From NCBI RefSeq assembly GCF_006345805.1, contig NC_042998.1, positions 46,810,001-46,874,000 of the forward strand: DNA of 64,000 nucleotides, given 5' to 3'. The notes under the pieces are model-generated. The model was not told the DNA's origin. It saw only the letters and a list, made by a program, of their open reading frames with translations, and ran no database searches. The stretch is from Octopus sinensis. Its lineage: Eukaryota. The position numbers and the translations under genes were made by a program. This document shows positions 11,997 to 23,100 of this stretch, in pieces (position 1 is the first letter of the stretch; the number at the start of each line of letters is the position of its first letter).

Positions 11997-12509
11997 GATG
12001 CCCTGATGCAGTACCAGACAGTGGTTCTCATGGGTTCTGATCTTAACTGATTGGAAGTGTTATCATGTACATTGTTTTGTCTTGGTATAAAAGATGGGCT
12101 ACAGCAAATATTCTGCTCAACACCACAGATCTGTTTGTCAGTTGTTTAACCATGTGCATCTCTGATCACGAGCAGAAGTAGTGGGGGAGCATCACAGCCA
12201 TGTGTTGAGAGGGATTCTTTGGGGTTTGAATAATTCACCTCTGGAAACATGGATGTTTCGTTCAACATCCTTAAACAACCCTTATTCAGGGATTGGTTAC
12301 TTGACAAGAAGAAAATTCTCACTGGGCCCCATCTGCAAGGTCATGTGCTGTTTATCTGGATATGAGATCACGATGTCGCGCACATATGGTTGTGATGCAT
12401 GTGCCTAGTGTACCATAATCAGACGGGTAGTTATGATGGGTATAATGGGCTTCGTATATTTTACCCCAGTGTCACTTCGATGGCATGCACTGCTCTCTCA
12501 TTCAATAAA

Positions 12510-12540
<31 letters not shown>

Positions 12541-12588
12541 GTAATAAACCCCAGTGTCACTTTGATGGCATACACTGCTCTCTCACTC

Positions 12589-12619
<31 letters not shown>

Positions 12620-12829
12620 GAAGAAGAAGAAGAAGAAGAAGAAGAAGAAGAAGAAGAAGAAGAAGAAGAAGAATGAAATATGTAATACGTCAGTAAAAGA
12701 CCCGATAAAGTCTATAATTACCTTCCATTCTCACAATAAAGGTATATTAATTATCTCAGCGTAAATAAATCAAAATGTTAGCTCACTCATATCTCTTACT
12801 TTTTCTCTTAGACTATTTTTCTGTCAGTA

Positions 12830-12865
<36 letters not shown>

Positions 12866-12927
12866 ACACACACACACACAGCCTTTCTCTTCATTCTCCA
12901 TTGTAGTACCTATGTCGCTGATGAGAA

Positions 12928-12987
<60 letters not shown>

Positions 12988-13338
12988 TATAATAATGATA
13001 AAACGGCAACATCAAAGGGCTAAAAATATCAAGTCACCGTTCGTTGAGCAGAGGTTGATAGGAAAAAATGTCGAAGAAAATAAAGAATAAAAATAACGAG
13101 GGAAGGAAATCACATACGAAAGTGGAGAGTACAAAAGTGTTTAGGAGCGTAGAAACGTGGGGACATACATCGAGTGTGTAAAAGAGCTATTAAAAAAATT
13201 GTGTTTTATGTGTTTGTTGTGCCTGTACGAATAAATAAATAAATAGATGATAAATACATACATACATACATACATACATACATACATACATACATACATA
13301 CATACATACATACAATACAATACATACATACATATATA

Positions 13339-13379
<41 letters not shown>

Positions 13380-13383
<4 letters not shown>

Positions 13384-13542
13384 GCTGTGTGGTAAGTAGC
13401 TTGCTTAACAACCACATGGTTCTGAGTTCAGTCCCACTGTCTGGCACCTTGGGCAAGTGTCTTCTACTATAGCTTCGGGCCGACCAAAGCCTTGTGAGTG
13501 GATTTGGTAAACAGAAACTGAAAGAAGCCCGTCGTGCATATG

Positions 13543-13602
<60 letters not shown>

Positions 13603-14550
13603 TGTGTGTCTGTGTTTGTACCCCCTAACATCACTTGACAACCGATGCTGGTGTAATTACGTCCCCGTCACCTAGCGGTTCGGTTTGAGAGACCGATAGA
13701 ATAAGTACTAGGCTTACAAAGAATAATTCCTGGGGTAGATTTGCTCGACTAAAGGTGGTGCTCCAGCATGTCCGCAGTCAAATGACTGAAAAAATAAAAG
13801 AATATATATATGTACATTTGTGAGTGTGTGAGGGCACGTGGCTTAGTGGTTAGGGGTATTTGGCTCACAATCGTAAGGTCGTGGCTTCGATTCCCGGTGG
13901 CGCGTTGTGTCCTTCAGCAAAACATTTAATTTCACGTTGCTCTAATTCACTCATCTGGCAAAAGCGAGTAGTACCTATATTTCAAAGGGCCAGCGTTGAC
14001 ACATTCTGTGTCCCCGAGAACAACGTTAAGGGTACATGTGTCTGTGGGTTACTCAGATTCTTGTATGTCAATTTCACGAGCAGGTTGTTCCTTTGATCGG
14101 ATCAACTTGAACCCTCGTCGTCGTAACCGACGAAGTACGTGTCACACACACAGATAATATATATATATGCGTAGGAGTGGCTGTGTGGTAAGTAGCTTGC
14201 TTACCAACAACATGGTTCCGCGGGCTTCAGTCTCATTGCGTGGCACCTTGGTCAAGTGTCTTCTGCTATAGCCTTGTGAGTGGATTTGGTAGACGGAAAC
14301 TGAAAGAAGCCCGTCGTATATATGTTTATATACATATATATATATGTGTGTGTGTGTGTATGTTTGTGTGTGTGTTTGTGTGTCTGTTTTTGTCTCTCAA
14401 TATCGCTTGACAGCCGATGCTGGTGTGTTTACGTCCCCGTAACTTAGCGGTTCGGTCAAAGAGACCGATAGAATAAGTACTACGCTTACAAAGAATAAGA
14501 ATAAAGGCGGTGTTCCAGCATGGCCACAGTCACATGACTGAAACAAGTAA
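13380..14550 (+). mobile_element. Cluster of tRNA-derived SINEs (GTGGCTGTGTGGTAAG family and relatives)
   Basis: GGCACCTTGGGCAAGTGTCTTCTACTATAGC core; copies also at ~25395-25555 (-) and ~53265-53425 (+). Confidence 0.75.
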
Positions 14551-14555
14551 AAGAG

Positions 14556-14589
<34 letters not shown>

Positions 14590-15172
14590 AAATTGGGACA
14601 AGGACGCAAAACTTCCTGACAGTTAGGGACAACAAAATATCCAGATAGGCGATACAAAGAAAACAAGGACGGGTTATTCGGAGTTTTCTATCCTCATTCG
14701 AGTTCCAGATTATCTTTGCAATTTCGGCTGGTTATAGTCGAGAATGCTCCAATCTGGCCAGCCCCAAGGAAAAACTAAGCTAAGAACATTATATTCTTTG
14801 GAAGAAAGCAGCGAATGTATATGAAAGCGAGGATGGAAAAGAAATGGAGAATGTTACACAATTACAAATAATAGGACATAACAACAGGTGTCTTTCGGTT
14901 AAGGACGAATTGTATTAAGCTGGCGTGTGTGGAAGTAAAGTCTTACGGCAAGGACTCAAGATTTTACTGGCGCAAGGAGGAATATAGATGTTGCACGGAT
15001 GGTAGTTGAACCAAGAAAGAGGATGTTTGTGGTTTACGTCACTGTTTACAATTTTGTTCCAATTGTTTTTCAAATTTAGTATATGGATTAAGTTTTGTAT
15101 ACTAGTTGTGTAGATGAAATTCATTTTCCTATAAATCCATAATTAAAAGCCTTTAAAATTTGCAAAATTTTT

Positions 15173-15203
<31 letters not shown>

Positions 15204-16372
15204 TTATTATTATTATTCAGGTCACCGCCTGGAATCGAATTCGGAATCTTGGAGCTTGTAGCCCGCGCTCTTAACCACTACGTGTTAATTGGCTTATGAG
15301 TCATCACTAAATGTAAACAATACTAAATTTAGCACGATTGTTAATTTTAGCCCAATGGCCTAAAGTCAAGGCACAAAGCAGAAAACTTCACATACGTTCG
15401 ACGTGCGTCCACACGCAACGACCGTTGCAGCGGCACTAGAGAGAAGTTCCCACTCCCGTTCTCTTTACAGTCAATGCAGGTACACACAGGAGAAAGAGAA
15501 CTAAGTGCATATAACAGAATTTATTAGTTTGGAATAGTTAATTCACACCATTGAATGAATATTTTTCTTTATATAAAAGTAAAATTCGGTCTGTTATTCG
15601 GCGTCGTCGTCTTGCTGTGTATACTACCCACTTCTGTGGTTTATCTTATCATCTCACACGTCTCTGATTAACTCCTTCCCTCTCTGGTTTCTTTACCTTA
15701 TTTCATTGATGTCATCGTATTATATCTGACATCGCAGTGTGACGACGTTTTTCTGTTTAATATCAATAGCACACGTTATATATTCTTTTCAGATCTTCGT
15801 CTGTTAACTATATTGCCAATCGTTGAAAAGAAAGTCATCGACTCGATTATTATTTACTCGCCTACACCTTTATCTCAAATCCCATTTAAACATCTCTTTT
15901 TCCCTAGTTTTCTTCCCTCCATCCCATTACTCAGCCTTTTTTTTTAAAAAAAAAAGCAAAAAAGTTTTACTCTCTGTTGTCTCGTGCATCTTATTCACAT
16001 ATTTCTTTCTCCGCCTTATTTTCTTTTCATTTCCACTCTCACGCCCATTTTCTTTGGTATCACCTCTTTCTAGCCTTATTTCTCATTACCCCTATCTCCC
16101 TTTTGTCACTCAATCTCTCCACACCACTCACAAACGCACAAAAATCCCAATACATATACTTATACACACACTTACACTTATATAAAACACCTGTAGCTTT
16201 AAACGGCTTACATTTCGTATATAAGACATGTAGAATAACATTTATTTTGAATGTAGCTTCAGCATATGGTGAAAAACGTGCCACAGATCACATTTTTTAG
16301 AGCGTAAGCTTTTGTAGAATGGTTAGAAAGAGCATATGCTTTTGTTGTATTAACGTCTATCCTTTCATAATT

Positions 16373-16404
<32 letters not shown>

Positions 16405-17115
16405 GACAGACAGATAGATAGATTGACAGATGGCTTCCTTTGTTTTTCTTTCTTCTTCATATTTCTTGGCTTGTCATCAAGCGTCTTTCAGATTTCCTGA
16501 CTATTTTCACCTCTTTATATTCTGTAAAATGCGTACACCTTTTAATGCTTTTAGTTAAAAATAATAATGTACTGAATTGCCATCAACATTTTTAAGCCAA
16601 CGACATTAATAACGTCAGTCTCAAAACCATCATCACTGTCATGCCCACCATTTCTATCAACACAACCACAATCAACACCCACCATCACAACCACCAACAC
16701 CACGTCTCCAACGTCTCCACTGTTATCCCACAACCACTTAACGTGACAGTCCCAAGGCCGACAGGAAGCGTCGATGCTTCATAGGGCTAAATAGCGGTGG
16801 TGTAATTCCCTTACGGGACTGTCACGTTAAGTTGACAGTAAACAACCACTTTATCGCTCCACCACCGCATATATCTCTATGAGATATTTAGAAATTTAAT
16901 ATTTCTGATTTTGGTGATCAGTGAATAAACTTCACTGAAAAAATATATATATATTTACGAAGTCTCGACAAATATTTTCAGCCAGCAGGCCTTTTTGATT
17001 TTTTCCTCGGTGTCGGTTATTTTGTGTTACGGTTATTGTGAATCGCGGTTGTGAGTTCGAATTCGTTGGTGGAAGCTGTTACGGCGTGGTGAATTGTGGA
17101 AGTTTTTTTTCGAAA

Positions 17116-18153
17116 ATGCAAACCCAAACATATTCAGGAGCGGCAAGCAAGGGTCTGGCTGCAAGCGAACTGCAGTTGGAGGAAGTGGTCGTCGAAAAGG
17201 AGAGCCTGAAGGAATACTTCAACGGTTTCAAGAAGGAGGGTGACTGCCTGAGAGTCACACTACCAGAAGAAGAAGTGAAAGAAGCAGAGAGGCGTATCGT
17301 GACATATAGAACGTGGAACATGGCTTCGAAGAAAATAGAAGTGGCAGAGGTGGAGGAAATTGAGAGGTGTTTGCAGGAGATTGAAGAAAAAGCTACCTTG
17401 TATAATAGAGGTAGAAAATACGCGACGGTGGTAGTTCATTTTGAGAACGAAGCTGAAGCAAAGAAGAACGCTACAAAAATATTGAAAAATGAAAAATGGC
17501 TACTACTACCTAGCTATTGTGGAAGACGGGCGGTGAGAATAAGAATCAACAAAATTTCACCAAAGTTGAAAATGGAGCGAATTATAGCAGCAACAATATT
17601 TAACTGCAAGGATAATGTGGAGATATTGAAGATAGAAAGGTCGAAGGATGTAAAGTGGTGGGGTTATGCAGTACAAGCGTTGGTACACATAACCATGCCA
17701 GACATGTATAACATCCCAGAAGAGTTGGTATTCCCCGACGAGACACGACTCAGAGTCGTGGTAGAGGGGAAACCCCCAGTGTGCCACACATGTAAGATTA
17801 GAGGCCACATGAAGGATGTGTGTCCGAAAAAAAAAGTACTAGAGGAGATGATAACATTGGAGGCTCTGACAGAAGAATTGCAAATGGCGGATGTAGAAGA
17901 AGAAATTGTGAATACAGATAATGTGGAAAGTGGTGACGAGTTGGTGAAGGAGGAAGAAAAGGAAAGAACAAAAGGAAAAGAAGATAGAAGGAGAACGCGG
18001 GTGGAATCACCACCTAAAGTACAAATAAAGAAAAAAGCGAAAAAGAAAACTACCGACGAGATGGAGGATCGAATGTACGAAGAGAAGGATGCAGAAGCGA
18101 AAGCGAGTGAACCGGCAAATTTAAAGGCAGGGGAAGAATGGGACAGCAGTTAA
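17116..18153 (+). CDS. L1/Tx1-like ORF1 (gag-like) nucleic-acid-binding protein, 345 aa, RRM-like region plus CCHC knuckle
   Basis: Open frame from ATG 17116; RVVVEGKPPVCHTCKIRGHMKDVCP fits C-X2-C-X4-H-X4-C; acidic/Lys-rich tail. Confidence 0.75.
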   Translation: MQTQTYSGAASKGLAASELQLEEVVVEKESLKEYFNGFKKEGDCLRVTLPEEEVKEAERRIVTYRTWNMASKKIEVAEVEEIERCLQEIEEKATLYNRGRKYATVVVHFENEAEAKKNATKILKNEKWLLLPSYCGRRAVRIRINKISPKLKMERIIAATIFNCKDNVEILKIERSKDVKWWGYAVQALVHITMPDMYNIPEELVFPDETRLRVVVEGKPPVCHTCKIRGHMKDVCPKKKVLEEMITLEALTEELQMADVEEEIVNTDNVESGDELVKEEEKERTKGKEDRRRTRVESPPKVQIKKKAKKKTTDEMEDRMYEEKDAEAKASEPANLKAGEEWDSS

Positions 18154-18452
18154 AAGTATGTAAGGAAGGAGGAAGGCCCAATGGAAAAAATCTCAAAGTG
18201 GTAATATTGTACATGAAGGACAAAGAAATTGAAAAGAAGCTAGCAAATAAGAAAAGTTTAATCAGAGTAAAGTTAAACCCAAAAATATTTGATGATCAAG
18301 TGAAGGCGGCGATTGTGGAAAAAGAGACAATGATGAAATTGAAAAGTGGGTTTTCTGTATGCGAAATGCAATATATCCGTTACGACAGTTTGCCAGCTAT
18401 TGTAGACCAGGAGAGGTTACTCGATCACATTACAGATGAACGCCCAGTATAA
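18138..18452 (+). CDS. Overlapping 104-aa ORF, possibly the frameshifted C-terminus of the ORF1
   Basis: Same purine-rich coding-like composition; overlaps the end of the upstream ORF; AATAAA at ~18620. Confidence 0.45.
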   Translation: MGQQLKVCKEGGRPNGKNLKVVILYMKDKEIEKKLANKKSLIRVKLNPKIFDDQVKAAIVEKETMMKLKSGFSVCEMQYIRYDSLPAIVDQERLLDHITDERPV

Positions 18453-18657
18453 CAAAATTGTATTTTAAATGAAGCTGCGAGCTTGGGGAACTCGTAAGAC
18501 ATTCCATTAACCCATTATAAATAATTCATTATCATACCATACTTTTCGATTTTTTTAATTATATGTACCCCATGTCCTGTTTTGTAACGTCCCCTCTTAA
18601 TTCGGGCCATCGTGCCTATAATAAAGATTTAATTTTCAGCTAGCAGGCTTTGCTACA

Positions 18658-18701
18658 CTAGACTGATGATGGGCAAGACCCTGAAACATGCATGTCTCTA
18701 G
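18658..18701 (+). ncRNA. Type I hammerhead ribozyme F (short helix II)
   Basis: CUAGA-CUGAUGA(18663-18669)-UGGGCAAGACCCU-GAAAC-AUGCAU-GUC(18694-18696)-UCUAG. Confidence 0.88.
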
Positions 18702-18923
18702 ATGCAGGCCTAGCTGTTGGGGGTGTTTGTCTCCCCTTCGTAAATATATAAGGACACAGGAAATGTATCAAAGCCGACAGGAAGCGTCGATGCTTCCTAG
18801 GGCTAAATAGCGGTGGTGTAATTCCCTTACGGGACTGTCATGTTAAGTTGACAGTATACAACCACTCTATCGCTCCACCACCGCATATATCTCTATGAGA
18901 TATTTAGAAATATAATATTTGTG

Positions 18924-18954
<31 letters not shown>

Positions 18955-19086
18955 CAACAAAATATTAAGGAATGACCCTGAGAAGGTCGTTCGACTCACT
19001 TGAAAAGAGCAGCTAAAACTCAAAACCGTAAAAAATAGTAGTAATTCTGAAACTAGAGGAAAATAAAAAACATTTATCCCCTTCAA

Positions 19087-19182
19087 ACTTTGTACCCTGC
19101 AAGGTTTCAACATCTTCACGCAATCAAATTTAATTAAATTAAATTAAATCCGTTTACGCTTGGCTTGTCTCGTCAGCAAAGT
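19087..19182 (-). ncRNA. Type I hammerhead ribozyme B (inverted copy)
   Basis: Reverse complement of 19697-19792. Confidence 0.85.
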
Positions 19183-19696
19183 CACCAAAATAGGAGGCAG
19201 ATATATATACACGAGGCTACACCATCTAAGCCTCGGGTCTATATATCGTAAATTTTCGAATTTACCGTAATCGCGCCATCTACTCCGCAGCAAATATAAG
19301 CTGCTGATACAAATTTCAGAATTAGTCAAAAATTCATTAATCAATCAATATAAGGGTAACAAAAAATTCAAGAAAAATTTTCTGCCACCAGCGGTCAAGT
19401 GAGAAAATAGAAATAGTCACAGACTATATGATATTTTGTTGAATGTATCATATAGTCTGTGACTATTTCTATTTTCTCACTTGACCGCTGGTGGCAGAAA
19501 ATTTTTCTTGAATTTTTTGTTACCCTTATATTGATTGATTAATGAATTTTTGACTAATTCTGAAATTTGTATCAGCAGCTTATATTTGCTGCGGAGTAGA
19601 TGGCGCGATTACGGTGAATTCGAAAATTTACGATATATAGACCCGAGGCTTAGATGGTGTAGCCTCGTGTATATATATCTGCCTCCTATTTTGGTG

Positions 19697-19792
19697 ACTT
19701 TGCTGACGAGACAAGCCAAGCGTAAACGGATTTAATTTAATTTAATTAAATTTGATTGCGTGAAGATGTTGAAACCTTGCAGGGTACAAAGT
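19697..19792 (+). ncRNA. Type I hammerhead ribozyme B, long helix II
   Basis: ACUUUG-CUGACGA(19703-19709)-GACA..61 nt total..UGUU-GAAAC(19771-19775)-CUUGCAGG-GUA(19784-19786)-CAAAGU. Confidence 0.88.
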
Positions 19793-20042
19793 TTGAAGGG
19801 GATAAATGTTTTTTATTTTCCTCTAGTTTCAGAATTACTACTATTTTTTACGGTTTTGAGTTTTAGCTGCTCTTTTCAAGTGAGTCGAACGACCTTCTCA
19901 GGGTCATTCCTTAATATTTTGTTGAATGTATCATATAGTCTGTGACTATTTCTATTTTCTCACTTGACCGCTGGTGGCAGAAAATTTTTCTTGAATTTTT
20001 TGTTACCCTTATATTGATTGATATATATATATATATATATAC

Positions 20043-20585
20043 ATATATAATAATAAATTAATAAATAAAACATATGTATATATACATACATATATGTACG
20101 TACCTACATCTATATGTATATATACATGCATATATGTGTACAGGACACCAAAAAACAAAAACGTCGAACGCAATGAGAAACGAAAACATAAACACAAAAC
20201 CAAGGAAATGGACATTTTTCTTAAACAACGAAAAAATAGAGTACAAGACATACAACTCAAACAACATTCCCCTTCTTCAGCCGCCTCTCCCCTCTCACAC
20301 GTCTTTTTCTCCCCCCTTCGAAACGCGGAGTAGATGAAACAGAGGCGGCTGAAGAAGGGGAATTTTCCTTGTGTTGTATGTCTTGTACTCTATTTTTTCG
20401 CTGTTTAAGAAAAATGTCCATTTCCTTGGTTTTATGTTTATGTTTTCGTTTCTCATTGCGTTCGACGTTTTTGTTTTTTGGTGTCCTATACACATATATG
20501 CATGTATATATACATATAGATGTAGGTACGTACATATATGTATGTATATATGCATATGTTTTATTTATTAATTTGTTATTATATG
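20043..20585. repeat. ~245-bp inverted repeat with a ~50-bp spacer
   Basis: 20043-20289 is mirrored by 20341-20585 with a few substitutions. Confidence 0.85.
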
Positions 20586-20625
20586 ACGGAACGCACGCAT
20601 CCATTTCTAAGTAAGTTTTATCTTA

Positions 20626-20719
<94 letters not shown>

Positions 20720-20937
20720 ATGCATGTATGTATGTATGTATGTGTGTGGTATACAGATATTGTATATTAAGAAAAAGGATGCAGTCAGAATTTTGGATGA
20801 TCCTTTGTTAGTATTTTCATTCGTTTGATCGAACGCTTCAAGAAAATTTGAACGAAAATAATAAAAACAGAACGTTTCATTGTTTTTTATCTGAATCGAT
20901 GAACGGATGCTTTTTTGTTTTGTTTGAAGAGGAGAAC

Positions 20938-20968
<31 letters not shown>

Positions 20969-21038
20969 TGTATGTATGTATGTATGTATGCATGTGTATG
21001 TATGTGTGTGTGTGTGGATGCCTATATATATATATAAT

Positions 21039-21601
21039 TCAAAACAGTTTGATTCAAATTCGTTGGTACTCTTGAGTTTCAAGTGTGATGCTAGTCTTCA
21101 GTCATTTTGAATTTGAATGACAGAAGTTGATTGTTATTACCGTAAGGTGGGCAGCGATAGGTCGTGGAAGGTCACGCAGTGTCGTGGTTTGATGTTGGTA
21201 TATCGGTACCAGTTGGTTAGGAAATACCGCATGGTGAAAAGGAAACCGAAAATTCCTTCTGAGTGGAGAAATAACGCGGTCCATTGTTCGATGTCTATGG
21301 GGAGCATTGACGGGATGAAATCGCCGACCTCGTCGGGTTATACATCTTGGATACCACCAACCTGACTACAATTTCCTGTCCACCACGCGGTCGATTTCCT
21401 GTTTACCATACAGTACTTTCCAACCAATTGTTACCGATATACCAACATCAGACCACAAAACCGCGTGACCTTCCTCGACCAATCGCAGCCCACCTTTCAG
21501 TAAAAACAATCGACTTGTGTCATTCAGGTTCAGAACGGCTGAAAACTAGCATCACGCTTAAAACTCAAGAGGACCAACGAATTTGAATCAAAATGTTTTG
21601 A
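21039..21601. mobile_element. Inverted-repeat element (~200-bp diverged arms), each arm with a decayed outward-facing hammerhead
   Basis: Left arm (minus): CUGAAGA-CUAGCAUCACACUU-GAAAC-UCAAGA-GUA-CCAAC. Right arm (plus): GG-CUGAAAA-CUAGCAUCACGCUU-AAAAC-UCAAGA-GGA-CCAAC. Confidence 0.65.
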
Positions 21602-21665
21602 TCCATATATGTAACTCCCAATAGATTTGTTGAGAGCCCTTCTTTTGTTTGTTCACTCACTCGTA

Positions 21666-21748
<83 letters not shown>

Positions 21749-21831
21749 ATACAGAGAGTGAGAGAGAGAAGAGGAGGGAGAGAAAGTAATAGGGAAAGAG
21801 ATAGCCATAGTTCTACATATATGTACATATA

Positions 21832-21873
<42 letters not shown>

Positions 21874-21925
21874 GTGAAGGGAAGAAATGGAGCTGAACGA
21901 AGATTCTACATAATTCCTTTTATTA

Positions 21926-22008
21926 TCTTCTACACATGTTTCAAAGGCCGCAAATTTCCAAATTCGGATTGAATAAGGAGACCATTTGCAGCATTCTCTT
22001 CAGGAAAA
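21926..22008 (-). ncRNA. Type I hammerhead ribozyme D, long helix II
   Basis: Minus strand: UUUUC-CUGAAGA-GAAUGCUGCAAAU..AUUUGCGGCCUUU (54 nt)-GAAAC-AUGU-GUA-GAAGA. Lies in a ~375-bp unit (21872-22247) between (TA)n tracts. Confidence 0.85.
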
Positions 22009-22242
22009 TCCAGGAATTAAAAAATCCAAAACAAATGCGCAGCAAGGTAGAACAAAGCGCTCCTTAGGAGCCCATGAAAGCACAAAACTCAATATATTGA
22101 ACTTCAATTATCCGCGCTAAGGCACGGTTGAGACACCCCAAGGTCGTAACTTCAACCGTGTCTTTTCTGTTGTGATTTTTGCTACCCGGGATCGGTTAAA
22201 TTTTGAATAATCCTTAACAAGATAATTCATTTATCTATTTCA

Positions 22243-22287
<45 letters not shown>

Positions 22288-22647
22288 CATAGATTGCGTT
22301 ACTTATACATACGTTTTATCTCAGAGTCGCACCGCCTTCATTTCGTTTGTATATTGTATATTTATTTTGTTTGCATATTTACATTAATATTCGCACTCAC
22401 TACCTGTGTTGTATTTGTTTTTGTCACTGTCCCCCAACGTTCGTTCGCTATTCGCAGCAGCTTTTCGCTGTTGATGGTACCAAAAATGAACAATATTACC
22501 GATAAGGACGTGAAATTGTAATGAACTTTTATGGGTACGTTAACTGACTAGGAAAGGGCATGTCAGTGTTTTGTGAGTGGATTTTCCGTTCGTTCCTTTG
22601 CCGTTTCACTTTTGGAACTTATTTTTTTTATCTAAGGTCAAGCACCC

Positions 22648-22732
<85 letters not shown>

Positions 22733-23100
22733 CTATCGAGGCTTTGTTTTCCCAAATGGAGCCGAATATCTTCCTCCATGTGATCGGCATGAAAAATTGC
22801 TAAGACACTAGGAGATTTTTCTACTTTTCTTAACATGAAAGCAATGGTAGCCTTAATTCACAAATAAAAGAATTATATTCACCAATGCAGTGTTAAGCAG
22901 TTACTCATTTACGTATATACACACACACGCATATATATGTATATATATGCATGTATACATATGTATATATATGTATGTGTGTATGTATGCTTGTATGTAA
23001 GTATATATATACATAGAGAGAGAGAGAGAGAGGAAGAGGAATAGACAGATAGATAGAGAGATATGCCTACAAACATAAACATATATATAAATATATATAT

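Larger units (their letters stand above)
16757..18927 (+). mobile_element. Hammerhead-containing element with 155-bp direct repeats enclosing an ORF1-only cassette
   Basis: Direct repeats at 16757-16911 and 18773-18927 (period 2016). TTTTCAGCYAGCAGGC at 16975 and 18633. HHR at 18658-18701. Ends in (TA)n. Confidence 0.75.
18955..20021. mobile_element. Retrozyme-like element B: 483-nt unit, head-to-head inverted pair between (TA)n tracts
   Basis: 18955-19433 is the reverse complement of the unit. ATATTTTGTTG at 19431 and 19914 (period 483). The arms are near-identical (one visible substitution). Confidence 0.85.

Noticed and set aside
14590-15130. Possible Penelope GIY-YIG remnant (ORF 14915-15124)
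   Set aside because: No recognisable GIY-YIG or RT motif in any frame I translated; it is only an interspersed repeat related to ~57060-57210.
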